Source: a virus
Taxonomy: Duplodnaviria > Caudoviricetes
Virus record (IMG/VR): IMGVR_UViG_3300048599_000270
Span: 1-35,662 of that record
Reading direction: 5' to 3' (one strand)
Length of the DNA stretch: 35,662 nucleotides
Shown here one piece after another: positions 17,301-24,806 of this stretch (positions within the stretch are counted from its first letter, which is position 1; each line of letters opens with the position of its first letter). The notes under the pieces were generated by a model. The model was not told the origin of the DNA. It was given only the letters and a program-made list of their open reading frames with translations, and did not search any database. The position numbers and the translations under genes are program-made.

Positions 17301-18137
17301 ACGGCCAAGGCCAAGGGCGCACTGCTTGGCGGCGGCGACATGAGCGCCGAGACGAAGGCCCTTGGCGAACTGGTGCGGCAGTTCCAGCAGTTGTCGGAGA
17401 CGGGAGCAAAGGGCTTCGGCCTCAAGGAGTTTGAGGCGTTGCAGCAGAAAGCCCAGGACTTGATGGCAAAGCCGACCATCACGGATTGGGACAAGGCTTT
17501 TATCACGAACCAACTCGCCAACGCCAAGTTCCTGGCCGACCAGGCGGAGACGCTGAAGAAGTTGCAGAGCCCGGAGGGCCAGCCCCGCGACATCCGGGCC
17601 GAGTTGGAGAAGGCCCAGCGGGAAGCCGACCGGCTGAAGGAACTGATCGACAAGCTAAAGCCCGAGGCAGCCAAGCAAATGGGCGAAGGTGCCAAGGCGG
17701 CCGAAAGCGCCATGAGCACCATGCCCGACATGGGCGGCCTTGCCGCCGACATCCAAGGGGCAGCGACCGCAATGTGGGACTTGGCCCTCGCCTCGCAGAA
17801 CGTGATGCCGCCCGAGGTGAGTATGAACGCTTCCAAGGGCGGCTTGGCCTGGAACTTCCTGGCCTTCGGCGGCCCGCCGCGCGGTACGGACGTGATCCCG
17901 GCGATGCTCTCGCCGGGCGAGGTGGTGATTAACGCTGCCTCGGCGCGGAGGTTTTCCGCGCAACTGACCGCCATCAATGCCGGCGTCCAGCCGGTCTACC
18001 GCAGCGAAGGCGGCAGCGTCACCAACATCGGTGACATCAACGTGACTGTCAGCGGCGGCGGAACCAGCCGCCAGACGGCCCGTTCCATCGCCGCCGAGCT
18101 AAGGCGTGAATTGCGGCGTGGCACAGCAACCCTGTAA
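14322..18137 (+). CDS. Tape measure protein (TP901-like core), 1271 aa
   Basis: Long Ala-rich helical protein. AEALYQTIS, TGTLNAYG and EAATSLRSAM..LIKPS core; C-terminal GTDVIPAMLSPGEVVINA. Confidence 0.93.
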   Translation: MADEIVNKLGFSVEEALRALQRLDDALQTSGTAFQTFGQQVNAWNSVSESALNRMKEMASAASRMASAMSKMGAGPATPAAPTPAAPNSKLWLPADVAQEVEKTTKTMQALGSASTEAGEKMRDAGQHGSKAANDTGEAVRKAHDQMKGWTVTWETLTRVVMTQAIVRALSQIRDLLREAVDEALKFSTRISEIQTIAPKIDRNFQSLGGEVANLSKRFNFPLPDTAEALYQTISDQFTTAAERQDILTAAGKLAKVGVMDLNQAVSLLTGTLNAYGMQSSQAEVVAAKFFKTVELGRMRGEELVPVIGRLVPIASEMGISLDEVNAAMVALTIGGMKVPEAATSLRSAMAALIKPSQDLQKELKNLGYESGPAMVHALGLQGALLQMKESANEDVAVLAKLIRNIRAYNAESRLAGDGAVKVAEAMKAMTDTNLAQTFDDIFTTFTSTDAQQYMAELNKFKVTLVSEVGPELVKFLGELMKAAGGAEGLAAAIKGLAQTATTLAEPLGIAAGALAAFSLRGKLAGFTGLGGTIFNNVVAPLTMAVWAADFLDSRMGSMLDDINAKARKQIDEIVSEQKKAAQARIDAEMKVYDEAGKRLAQYAAEVNRQYNAQVERVRKADQELVANSRTTMQTMITAREKVVQQLRSAAQEANKAVEDSMKRQADAQLRLDDILFKRRLEERQKYDDYYKKPDVTERLYEDRALELAREAAKKLATAETPDQERAAQAIFQRAAAYAQEADQIARGTEDEWLRKRAADAVEEIIRKQIDAERQLQVASTARAGTAARAAAGEQERVDRMKVYMKQILTDLDLFDKKGQMDPKKSAALSDDLKAKMELFKKDWMEGQNIDLGEALKFDALQKRVKTALEGGVAEAEVQRLFASPKTIDEFRSQVEAGFNKTPMDVKLLMPFASPDFAKQLLGQMALPDRNAYLKEATTEYQKQIELVRKLEEDQKNLTAGVTQQKAAVGMLGANVTAYQMGSEKWATFLIQATAKAKGALLGGGDMSAETKALGELVRQFQQLSETGAKGFGLKEFEALQQKAQDLMAKPTITDWDKAFITNQLANAKFLADQAETLKKLQSPEGQPRDIRAELEKAQREADRLKELIDKLKPEAAKQMGEGAKAAESAMSTMPDMGGLAADIQGAATAMWDLALASQNVMPPEVSMNASKGGLAWNFLAFGGPPRGTDVIPAMLSPGEVVINAASARRFSAQLTAINAGVQPVYRSEGGSVTNIGDINVTVSGGGTSRQTARSIAAELRRELRRGTATL

Positions 18138-18162
18138 TCCCTTTTCAACGTGAGGAACACCC

Positions 18163-18768
18163 ATGAGCGTCAGTCAGATGAACGTCAGCCAGAAAGCGGG
18201 TTGCAGCATGGTCCGCGCCCGCAAGGTCGAAGACCAACTCCAGCCCCGCGGCAAGTTCGTGGTGGAGCACTTCCGCCAGGGCGTGAAGATCGGCCACTAC
18301 GAGTTCCCCAACGGAATCACCAACCAGGGGAAGAACAAGCTGCTGGACGTAATGTTCCACGGCGTCTCGGCCATCACGACCTGGTGGCTGGGCCTGATCT
18401 CCAACAGCGGCTATAGCGCCCTGGCGGCCGGCGACGTGTACGCCCAGATCGGCGGCAGCAACGGCTGGGCCGAGTTCACCGACTACACCGACGCCGGGAA
18501 CAGCAACAATGCCACCACCCGCCCGGAGTGGACCGAGGGCGCGGCCTCCGGCCAGGCCATCACCAATGCCAGCCCGGTGGTCTTCGACATCACCGGCAGC
18601 GGCACGGTCAAGGGCCTGTTCCTGGTCGGCGGTGCCGCCGGTGCCCAGACCAAGGGCGACAATGCGGCGGCCGGCGCGATCATCTGGGCCACGGCCCTGT
18701 TCGGCACGGGGGACGTGGCCGTCAACGCCGACGACCAGTTGAAGGTGACGTACACCGTCTCGGCGTAA
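18163..18768 (+). CDS. Putative high-copy tail fibre/filament subunit
   Basis: NGITNQGKNKLLDVMF..TWWLGLI..V.ADDQLKVTYTVS pattern of phage minor tail/fibre proteins. Own SD (GAGG), strongly biased codons, followed by a terminator. Confidence 0.65.
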   Translation: MSVSQMNVSQKAGCSMVRARKVEDQLQPRGKFVVEHFRQGVKIGHYEFPNGITNQGKNKLLDVMFHGVSAITTWWLGLISNSGYSALAAGDVYAQIGGSNGWAEFTDYTDAGNSNNATTRPEWTEGAASGQAITNASPVVFDITGSGTVKGLFLVGGAAGAQTKGDNAAAGAIIWATALFGTGDVAVNADDQLKVTYTVSA

Positions 18769-18786
18769 GCGTACTCCCTCGCCACA

Positions 18787-18830
18787 GGTCGGGCGGGGCT
18801 TCTTGCGAAGCCCCGCTCGGCCTTTCTTTC
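18787..18830 (+). terminator. Intrinsic terminator
   Basis: GGTCGGGCGGGGCTTC-ttgc-GAAGCCCCGCTCGGCC-TTTCTTTC. Confidence 0.8.
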
Positions 18831-18858
18831 GCCCCTTTGCCCTCCGTGAGGAATCCCA

Positions 18859-19836
18859 ATGGCCTACGAACGCTTCGCAAACGGCGGACTTTCCTCGCTC
18901 TCGGCGGGGATCGACGGCGACGATCTCAGCCTGACCGTCAAATCAACCATTGGATTCCCCACCGGCGGCAACTTCCGCATCGTTGTTGACAGCGAGATCA
19001 TGCTGGTCACGGCCGTGCAGGGCAAGACCTTCACCGTCACGCGGGCGCAGGAGGGGAGCAGCGCGGTCAGTCACGAAGCCGACGCTGCCGTCTTCCACGT
19101 CCTCACGGCCGGCGCTTTGGCCCAGCGGGACATCGAGCAGTTCGCCACCGGCGCGATCGGCAGCCGCGATGCGGCCGGGCAGGCGGGCCGGCTCCATCTG
19201 CCGACCGAAGGATTCGTGCATCAAGATAATGGCTTGTCGTGGGACATGATGCCCTTGAGCCGCTTCACCCCTCCCGACAGCGCCGACTTCAGTTGGGTGA
19301 ATCAGGGCAGCGCGACGGTGGCCATGAGCAAGGGCATGATGGTGCTCTCGACGCCCGGCGTGGCGTCCGGCGAGAACATTCGCGCCCTCGTCAAGACCGC
19401 GCCGGCGACCCCCTATGAGATCACCGTCGCCATGTTGGCCCTCTCGCCGACCTACACCACCGCCAGCGCGATGGCGCAGTACGGCGTTTGCTGGCGCGAA
19501 AGCGGTTCCGGCAAACTCCTTCTCTATGGTCCAGGCATGGCGAGCTACCCGACCACGTTCAACTACACCCAAATGACGAACCCTACGACCGTTTCGACGA
19601 ACGTGCTGCAAGCCAGCATGGTCGCATCCGGTATCGTGTGGATTCGGTTCGCGGACGACGGGACCAACCGGATGGTGAGAATCTCGCTGGACGGATTCAA
19701 CTGGGAGCCAGTGATCGCGCCGCAGGGCCGCACCGTGTTTCTTACGGCCGACCAAGTGGGGGTCTTCGCCAATAGCTGGAAGACGAGCAACGTTCTGTCC
19801 CGCAGCATCTCTTTCCTGCATTGGAGGGAAGCATAA
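18859..19836 (+). CDS. Putative receptor-binding protein, type A copy 1
   Basis: N-terminal beta module (FRIVVDSEIMLVTAV..VTRAQEG), AGQAGRLHLPTEG linker, C-terminal ConA/DUF1349-like sandwich (WIRFADDG..ISLDGFNW). Confidence 0.75.
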   Translation: MAYERFANGGLSSLSAGIDGDDLSLTVKSTIGFPTGGNFRIVVDSEIMLVTAVQGKTFTVTRAQEGSSAVSHEADAAVFHVLTAGALAQRDIEQFATGAIGSRDAAGQAGRLHLPTEGFVHQDNGLSWDMMPLSRFTPPDSADFSWVNQGSATVAMSKGMMVLSTPGVASGENIRALVKTAPATPYEITVAMLALSPTYTTASAMAQYGVCWRESGSGKLLLYGPGMASYPTTFNYTQMTNPTTVSTNVLQASMVASGIVWIRFADDGTNRMVRISLDGFNWEPVIAPQGRTVFLTADQVGVFANSWKTSNVLSRSISFLHWREA

Positions 19837-20825
19837 TGGCCGAGCAATTCAAGAACCTTGCCAGCACCACCCTCGCCGAAGACGTTGATGCCTCGGAAAC
19901 CGACGTTGACGTGGCCAGCGCGATGGGCTTCTCCGGCGGCGACTTCCGCATCCTCGTGGACAGCGAGATTATGAAGGTCACGAGCGTGAGCGGCACGACC
20001 CTGACGGTCGTGCGCGGCCAGGAAGGGACGCCCGCTACAGCGCACAGCAACGGCGCGGCGGTGAAGCACGTCTTGACGGTGGGGGCCTTGGACGCCCATG
20101 ACCAGAACGACTTGGCCGCCTACGATACCTACGCCAACCGGCCGGCGGCCGGAGTGCCGGGCCGCATCTTTCTGCCGACCGATGGCGTCTTTCTCGAACG
20201 TGACAACGGCTCGATCTGGGAGAAGTTCGGCCCGATCTGGCCCCTGTCGCCGCCGATGGCGGCCGACTTTCCGACGTGGGTAAACCAGGGGACGGCGACA
20301 TTCACCGATTACAGAGGCGCGCCGCTTCTCGTTGCGCCGGTCAACAGCAACGCCAACCTCCGCTGCCGGGTGAAGGACTATCCCGCCCCGCCGTTCACCA
20401 TTGAAATGGCGTACTTGCTCCACGCCTGGCCGTACAGCGGCACCGGGGTTGGCGGCCTGGTCATCCGTGATTCGATCAGCCAGAAACTCGTCACCCTCGG
20501 CATCGGGGGCAGCAACGGCGATATGCAAGTCCAGAGCTACAACTGGAACAGCCCCACGTCTTCCAGCGGCAACGTCACGGGTGCGGCGGCCTGCCACTTT
20601 GGTGAAACGGCCATCGTGTGGCTTAAGTACGCGGACGACGGGAACAACCGCGTCGTGTCGTACTCCGTGGACGGCTACAACTGGGTGCAGGCCCTCAGCA
20701 TTTCGCGGACGGACTGGATCGTGCCCAATCAGCTTGGCATCGCCGTCAACTCTTACTGCGGCTACTCGCTGAGCAGCGGCCAATGCGACACGGCCCTCAC
20801 CCTGCTGCACTGGAGGCAATACTGA
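19836..20825 (+). CDS. Putative receptor-binding protein, type B copy 1
   Basis: TAATG overlap, start MAEQFKNLA; same three-part architecture. Confidence 0.75.
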   Translation: MAEQFKNLASTTLAEDVDASETDVDVASAMGFSGGDFRILVDSEIMKVTSVSGTTLTVVRGQEGTPATAHSNGAAVKHVLTVGALDAHDQNDLAAYDTYANRPAAGVPGRIFLPTDGVFLERDNGSIWEKFGPIWPLSPPMAADFPTWVNQGTATFTDYRGAPLLVAPVNSNANLRCRVKDYPAPPFTIEMAYLLHAWPYSGTGVGGLVIRDSISQKLVTLGIGGSNGDMQVQSYNWNSPTSSSGNVTGAAACHFGETAIVWLKYADDGNNRVVSYSVDGYNWVQALSISRTDWIVPNQLGIAVNSYCGYSLSSGQCDTALTLLHWRQY

Positions 20826-21817
20826 TGATCGAGAAGTTCGCCAACTTTGCCGTCAACACGCTGTCGGCCTCAATTGCGACAACGACTGCCACCATCTGCT
20901 CGGTGACGGACCCGTTCAGCTTCCCTGCCAGCGGCAGTTTCCGTATCAAGATCGGCGACGAAATCCTCATCGTCACAGAGGTCTCCGGCAACACGTTCAC
21001 CGTCACGCGCGGGGCCGAGGGCACCGTGGCGGCAACCCACGCCAGCGGCGCGGTCGTGCGGCATTTGCTCACCAAAGGCGGCTTGGAGGCGCGGGTCGCC
21101 AACCGGTTCATTTCAGACATCTACGACAACAAACCGGCGGCCGGCGTCAAGGGACGCTTGTTCCTCCCCACGGACGGCATCTTCATGGAGTACGACGACG
21201 GGGCCGCCTGGCACAAGTACGGGCCGTACAAGCGGCTCAAAGCGCCGCCGCAAACGGGATGGTCGTGGGTCAACCAGGGCAACGCCACGGCGACCTTCGT
21301 GGGCGGCGCGCTGGTGCTCGAAGACCCCGACCTCGACGCTACGACTCCACAGCTTCGGCTTTACGTCCGTTCCTTGGGCGTGGGCGTGACGAGCGTGGCG
21401 GTGGCTTTCACGTACAACGGCATCGGGACGGACTACCCGATCATGGGCCTTTGCTCGCGGTGCGTCGGCGGCTCGGACGATGGAAACTTCACAGGTTGGG
21501 GCCTCCGGCTTCAGCCCTCGCCGAGCAACCCCATGACCTTCCTGCACTTCAAGCACTACACGTCGCCCACGGCCATCGAATCGAGTCCTTCGACGGACGG
21601 CCACCAGTTACTTCCCATGCGGCTGTTCTGGGTCAAGTATTCGTGGGAGGGGAACTACAAACGCTGGTACTTCTCCCAGGATGGCGTGTGGTGGACGAAA
21701 TGGTACGAGGATACCTTCACCTCCTACAACACGCCAAGCCAGTTCGGCGTCTTCATCGACCCGGTGAACAACGCCCAAAAGGTGTCGATGTCCCTGGTCC
21801 ACTGGGAAGAAGCCTAA
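20825..21817 (+). CDS. Putative receptor-binding protein, type C copy 1
   Basis: TGATG overlap, start MIEKFANFA; same architecture. Confidence 0.75.
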   Translation: MIEKFANFAVNTLSASIATTTATICSVTDPFSFPASGSFRIKIGDEILIVTEVSGNTFTVTRGAEGTVAATHASGAVVRHLLTKGGLEARVANRFISDIYDNKPAAGVKGRLFLPTDGIFMEYDDGAAWHKYGPYKRLKAPPQTGWSWVNQGNATATFVGGALVLEDPDLDATTPQLRLYVRSLGVGVTSVAVAFTYNGIGTDYPIMGLCSRCVGGSDDGNFTGWGLRLQPSPSNPMTFLHFKHYTSPTAIESSPSTDGHQLLPMRLFWVKYSWEGNYKRWYFSQDGVWWTKWYEDTFTSYNTPSQFGVFIDPVNNAQKVSMSLVHWEEA

Positions 21818-21829
21818 GAGGGACCACCG

Positions 21830-22807
21830 ATGGCCTACGAACGATTTGCAAACGGCGGACTCTCTTCGCTATCCGCGGGGATCGGCAGCGACGATCTCAG
21901 CCTTATGGTGAAATCGGCCGCCGGCTTTCCCACCGGCGGCGACTTCCGCATCCTCGTCGAGAGCGAGATCATGCTGGTGACGGCCGTGCAAGGCAACGTC
22001 TTCAACGTCACGCGGGCGCAGGAAGGGACCAGTGCCGCCAGCCACGACGCCGATGTCGCCGTCAATCATGTCCTGACGGCCGGTGCGCTGGCGCGGCGGG
22101 AGGCCGAGCAGTTTGCCGCCGGGGCCATTGCCGACCGTGATAAAGCAGGGCAGCCCGGTCGGCTCTATCTGCCGACCGAGGGCTTCGTGCATCAAGACAA
22201 CGGCTCGCTGTGGGACATGCTGCCCTTGAACAAGGTGACGCCGCCCAGCAGCGGCGACTTCACCTGGGTCAACCAGGGCACTGCCACGGTCGCCGACACG
22301 AAGGGCATCATGGTCCTGTCCACGCCAAGCCATGCGTCGGCGGACGGCCTGCACTGTCTGGTCAAGTCGGCTCCGGCCACGCCGTACCAAATCACCGTGG
22401 GCTTCCTGGCCCAAGACCCGCTCTATCTCAATGCGTGGAACGTCCCACAATTCGGCGTCTGCTGGCGAGAAAGCAGTTCGGGCAAGCTGCTCACTTACGG
22501 CTGGGGGTCGAGCAATTACCCCAAACTCTTCATGTATGCCTGGTGGACGAATGAGACGACCCTTCAAGGCAGCCAGTACAACTTCAGCGCGCCGACGATG
22601 GCACCGTACTGGGTTCGCTTCGGAGACGACGGCACCTACCGGACGGTGGAGATCTCCAGCGACGGGTTCAACTGGGTGCCGGTCCAGCCTCCCCAAGCGC
22701 GAACGGTCTTCCTTACGCCGAACCAGATCGGCTTGTTTTCCAACAACTGGAAGACTTCGTATGGCATCCCGCGCGTGGTCTCCGTTCTGCATTGGAGGGA
22801 AACCTGA
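21830..22807 (+). CDS. Putative receptor-binding protein, type A copy 2
   Basis: MAYERFANGGLSSLSAGI start identical to A1; same length, 325 aa. Confidence 0.75.
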   Translation: MAYERFANGGLSSLSAGIGSDDLSLMVKSAAGFPTGGDFRILVESEIMLVTAVQGNVFNVTRAQEGTSAASHDADVAVNHVLTAGALARREAEQFAAGAIADRDKAGQPGRLYLPTEGFVHQDNGSLWDMLPLNKVTPPSSGDFTWVNQGTATVADTKGIMVLSTPSHASADGLHCLVKSAPATPYQITVGFLAQDPLYLNAWNVPQFGVCWRESSSGKLLTYGWGSSNYPKLFMYAWWTNETTLQGSQYNFSAPTMAPYWVRFGDDGTYRTVEISSDGFNWVPVQPPQARTVFLTPNQIGLFSNNWKTSYGIPRVVSVLHWRET

Positions 22808-23808
22808 TGGCCGAGCAGTTCAAAAATCTTGCCAGCACCACGCTGAGCGAAGACATCGACGATGCGGCCACGGAGTTCGACGTGGCCAGCGCAATGGGCT
22901 TCACCGGCGGCAATTTCCGCATCCTGATCGACAGCGAGATCATGCTGGTCACGGGCGTCAGCGGAACGACCTTCACCGTCGTTCGCGGCCAGGAAGGAAC
23001 CACGGCCACCGCCCACAGCACCGGAGCGGACGTGAAGCATGTCCTGACGGCCGGGGCACTTGACGCCCGCGACCAGAACGACTTGGCGGCTTACGACGCG
23101 CTGGCCAGTCGGCCCGCGGCCGGGGTGCCGGGGCGCATCTTCCTGCCAACCGATGGCCTGTTCCTCGAACGCGACAATGGTGCGGCCTGGGAAAAGTTCG
23201 GCCCGATCTGGCCCATGACGCCTCCGGCGGCGGCCGACTTCGGGACGTGGGTGAATCAGGGAAGCGCGACCATTGTGGACAACAAAGGGGCGATCTTCCT
23301 GGATTCAGGTCCGGCCACCAGTGGCGAGAACCTGCGCTGCCAGGTCAAGGCGTATCCTGCCGCGCCCTTTACCGTGGAGATGGCCTTCCTGGTCAACGCC
23401 TGGGGCTACGGGGGCGCATACGCTACTGCCGGCCTGTGCATCCGAGATTCCGGGAGCGGCAAGATTGTGGCCTACGGCGTTGGCGGCAGTTCGAGCAGCA
23501 TGGAGACGAGGGGCGTCAAGTACAACAGCCCCACCTCGGTAAGCGGCGAAGTCACCGGCTGGCCAAGTAATCGACATTGCTACGACTCGCCGCTGATCTG
23601 GTTGCGGTATTACGACGACGGCACCACCAACCGCGTGATCTCGTTCTCGCACGATGGCATCAACTGGACGCAGATGGTGAGCACCGTGCGGACGGATTGG
23701 ATAACGCCCAACCAGATCGGGATAGGCGTCAACTCCTATGCCGGCTATTCCTCGTCGAGCGGCCAGGTCAACACCGGCATGACTGTCCTCAGTTGGAGGC
23801 AATACTGA
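22807..23808 (+). CDS. Putative receptor-binding protein, type B copy 2
   Basis: TGATG overlap; MAEQFKNLASTTL as in B1. Confidence 0.75.
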   Translation: MAEQFKNLASTTLSEDIDDAATEFDVASAMGFTGGNFRILIDSEIMLVTGVSGTTFTVVRGQEGTTATAHSTGADVKHVLTAGALDARDQNDLAAYDALASRPAAGVPGRIFLPTDGLFLERDNGAAWEKFGPIWPMTPPAAADFGTWVNQGSATIVDNKGAIFLDSGPATSGENLRCQVKAYPAAPFTVEMAFLVNAWGYGGAYATAGLCIRDSGSGKIVAYGVGGSSSSMETRGVKYNSPTSVSGEVTGWPSNRHCYDSPLIWLRYYDDGTTNRVISFSHDGINWTQMVSTVRTDWITPNQIGIGVNSYAGYSSSSGQVNTGMTVLSWRQY

Positions 23809-24803
23809 TGATCGAGAGGTTTGCCAACAACGCTGCGACTACGTTGTCCGCCGCGATTGAGACGCCGACCGCCACCAGTTGCACGGTGATGGATGCCTCG
23901 GCGTTTCCCACGTCGGGCAGCTTTCGCATCAAGATCGACGGCGAAATCCTGATCGTGACCGGCGTGGCCGGCAGCACGTTTACCGTCACGCGGGGTGCCG
24001 AGGGCACCGTAGCCGCCAGCCACGACAGTGGGGCCGACGTGGTTCACCTGCTCACCAAAGGCGGCTTGGAGGCGCGGGTCGCCAACCGGTTTGTTTCGGA
24101 CATCTACGCCAACAAGCCGGCGGCCGGGGTGAAGGGGCGGCTGTTTCTTCCCGTGGACGGCCTCTTCTTGGAGTACGACGATGGGGCGGCCTGGCACAAG
24201 TACGGGCCATATAAGCGCTTCAAGGCCCCGCCGCAATCCGGGTGGGAATGGGTCAATCAGGGCAACGCCACCGCCACCTTCGTTGGCGGCGCACTGGTGC
24301 TCGAAGACCCCGACCTGGATACCAACGCTCCCGAACTGCGGCTTTACGTCCGGTCGCTGATGCCGGGCGTGCAAAGCGTCGTGGCGGCCTTCGCCTATAA
24401 CGGGGCGGCTTCGATGAACGGCCCAAAGTGCGGTTTTGTCTCGCGTTGCACGGGCGGGACCACGGACTACGGGAACTTCACGACCTGGGGCCTGCGCTTC
24501 TGGCAGACCAGCACCTATCCGTTCCTCGAAAATGTCAATTACTACTCGCCAACCGCTTCGGAGTCCACGCCCACGGCCGACAACCGGACCCTCTGGCCGC
24601 TTTGGCGCGTGTTCTGGGTCAAGTTCTCCTGGGAGGGGAACTACAAGCGCTGGTACTGGTCAACAGACGGTGTGAATTGGATCAAGTGGGGCGAGCTTAC
24701 CTTCGATTCGGCGAACGCCCCCAATCAGCACGGCATCTTCATCGACCCGCTGAGCAACAACAACAGGATTTCCCTGACGCTGCTCCATTGGGAAGAGAGC
24801 TAA
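23808..24803 (+). CDS. Putative receptor-binding protein, type C copy 2
   Basis: TGATG overlap; MIERFANNA and HLLTKGGLEARVANRF as in C1. Confidence 0.75.
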   Translation: MIERFANNAATTLSAAIETPTATSCTVMDASAFPTSGSFRIKIDGEILIVTGVAGSTFTVTRGAEGTVAASHDSGADVVHLLTKGGLEARVANRFVSDIYANKPAAGVKGRLFLPVDGLFLEYDDGAAWHKYGPYKRFKAPPQSGWEWVNQGNATATFVGGALVLEDPDLDTNAPELRLYVRSLMPGVQSVVAAFAYNGAASMNGPKCGFVSRCTGGTTDYGNFTTWGLRFWQTSTYPFLENVNYYSPTASESTPTADNRTLWPLWRVFWVKFSWEGNYKRWYWSTDGVNWIKWGELTFDSANAPNQHGIFIDPLSNNNRISLTLLHWEES

Positions 24804-24806
24804 GCG

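Larger units (their letters stand above)
18859..24803 (+). repeat. Diverged tandem duplication of a three-gene cassette (about 2.97 kb unit)
   Basis: The starts at 18859 and 21830 share ATGGCCTACGAACG..GCAAACGGCGGACT; gene order ABC is repeated. Confidence 0.9.

Noticed and set aside
2520-18858. Recurring intergenic words CGGAGAA and CGTGAGGAA as late promoter elements
   Set aside because: Each lies a few bases before a start codon and is explained as a ribosome-binding site.
18859-24803. RBP duplicates as a diversity-generating retroelement template/variable pair or a shufflon
   Set aside because: Differences are spread over all bases and include many synonymous changes, not adenine-specific ones. 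No reverse transcriptase, invertase or inverted crossover sites are visible, and all copies face the same way.
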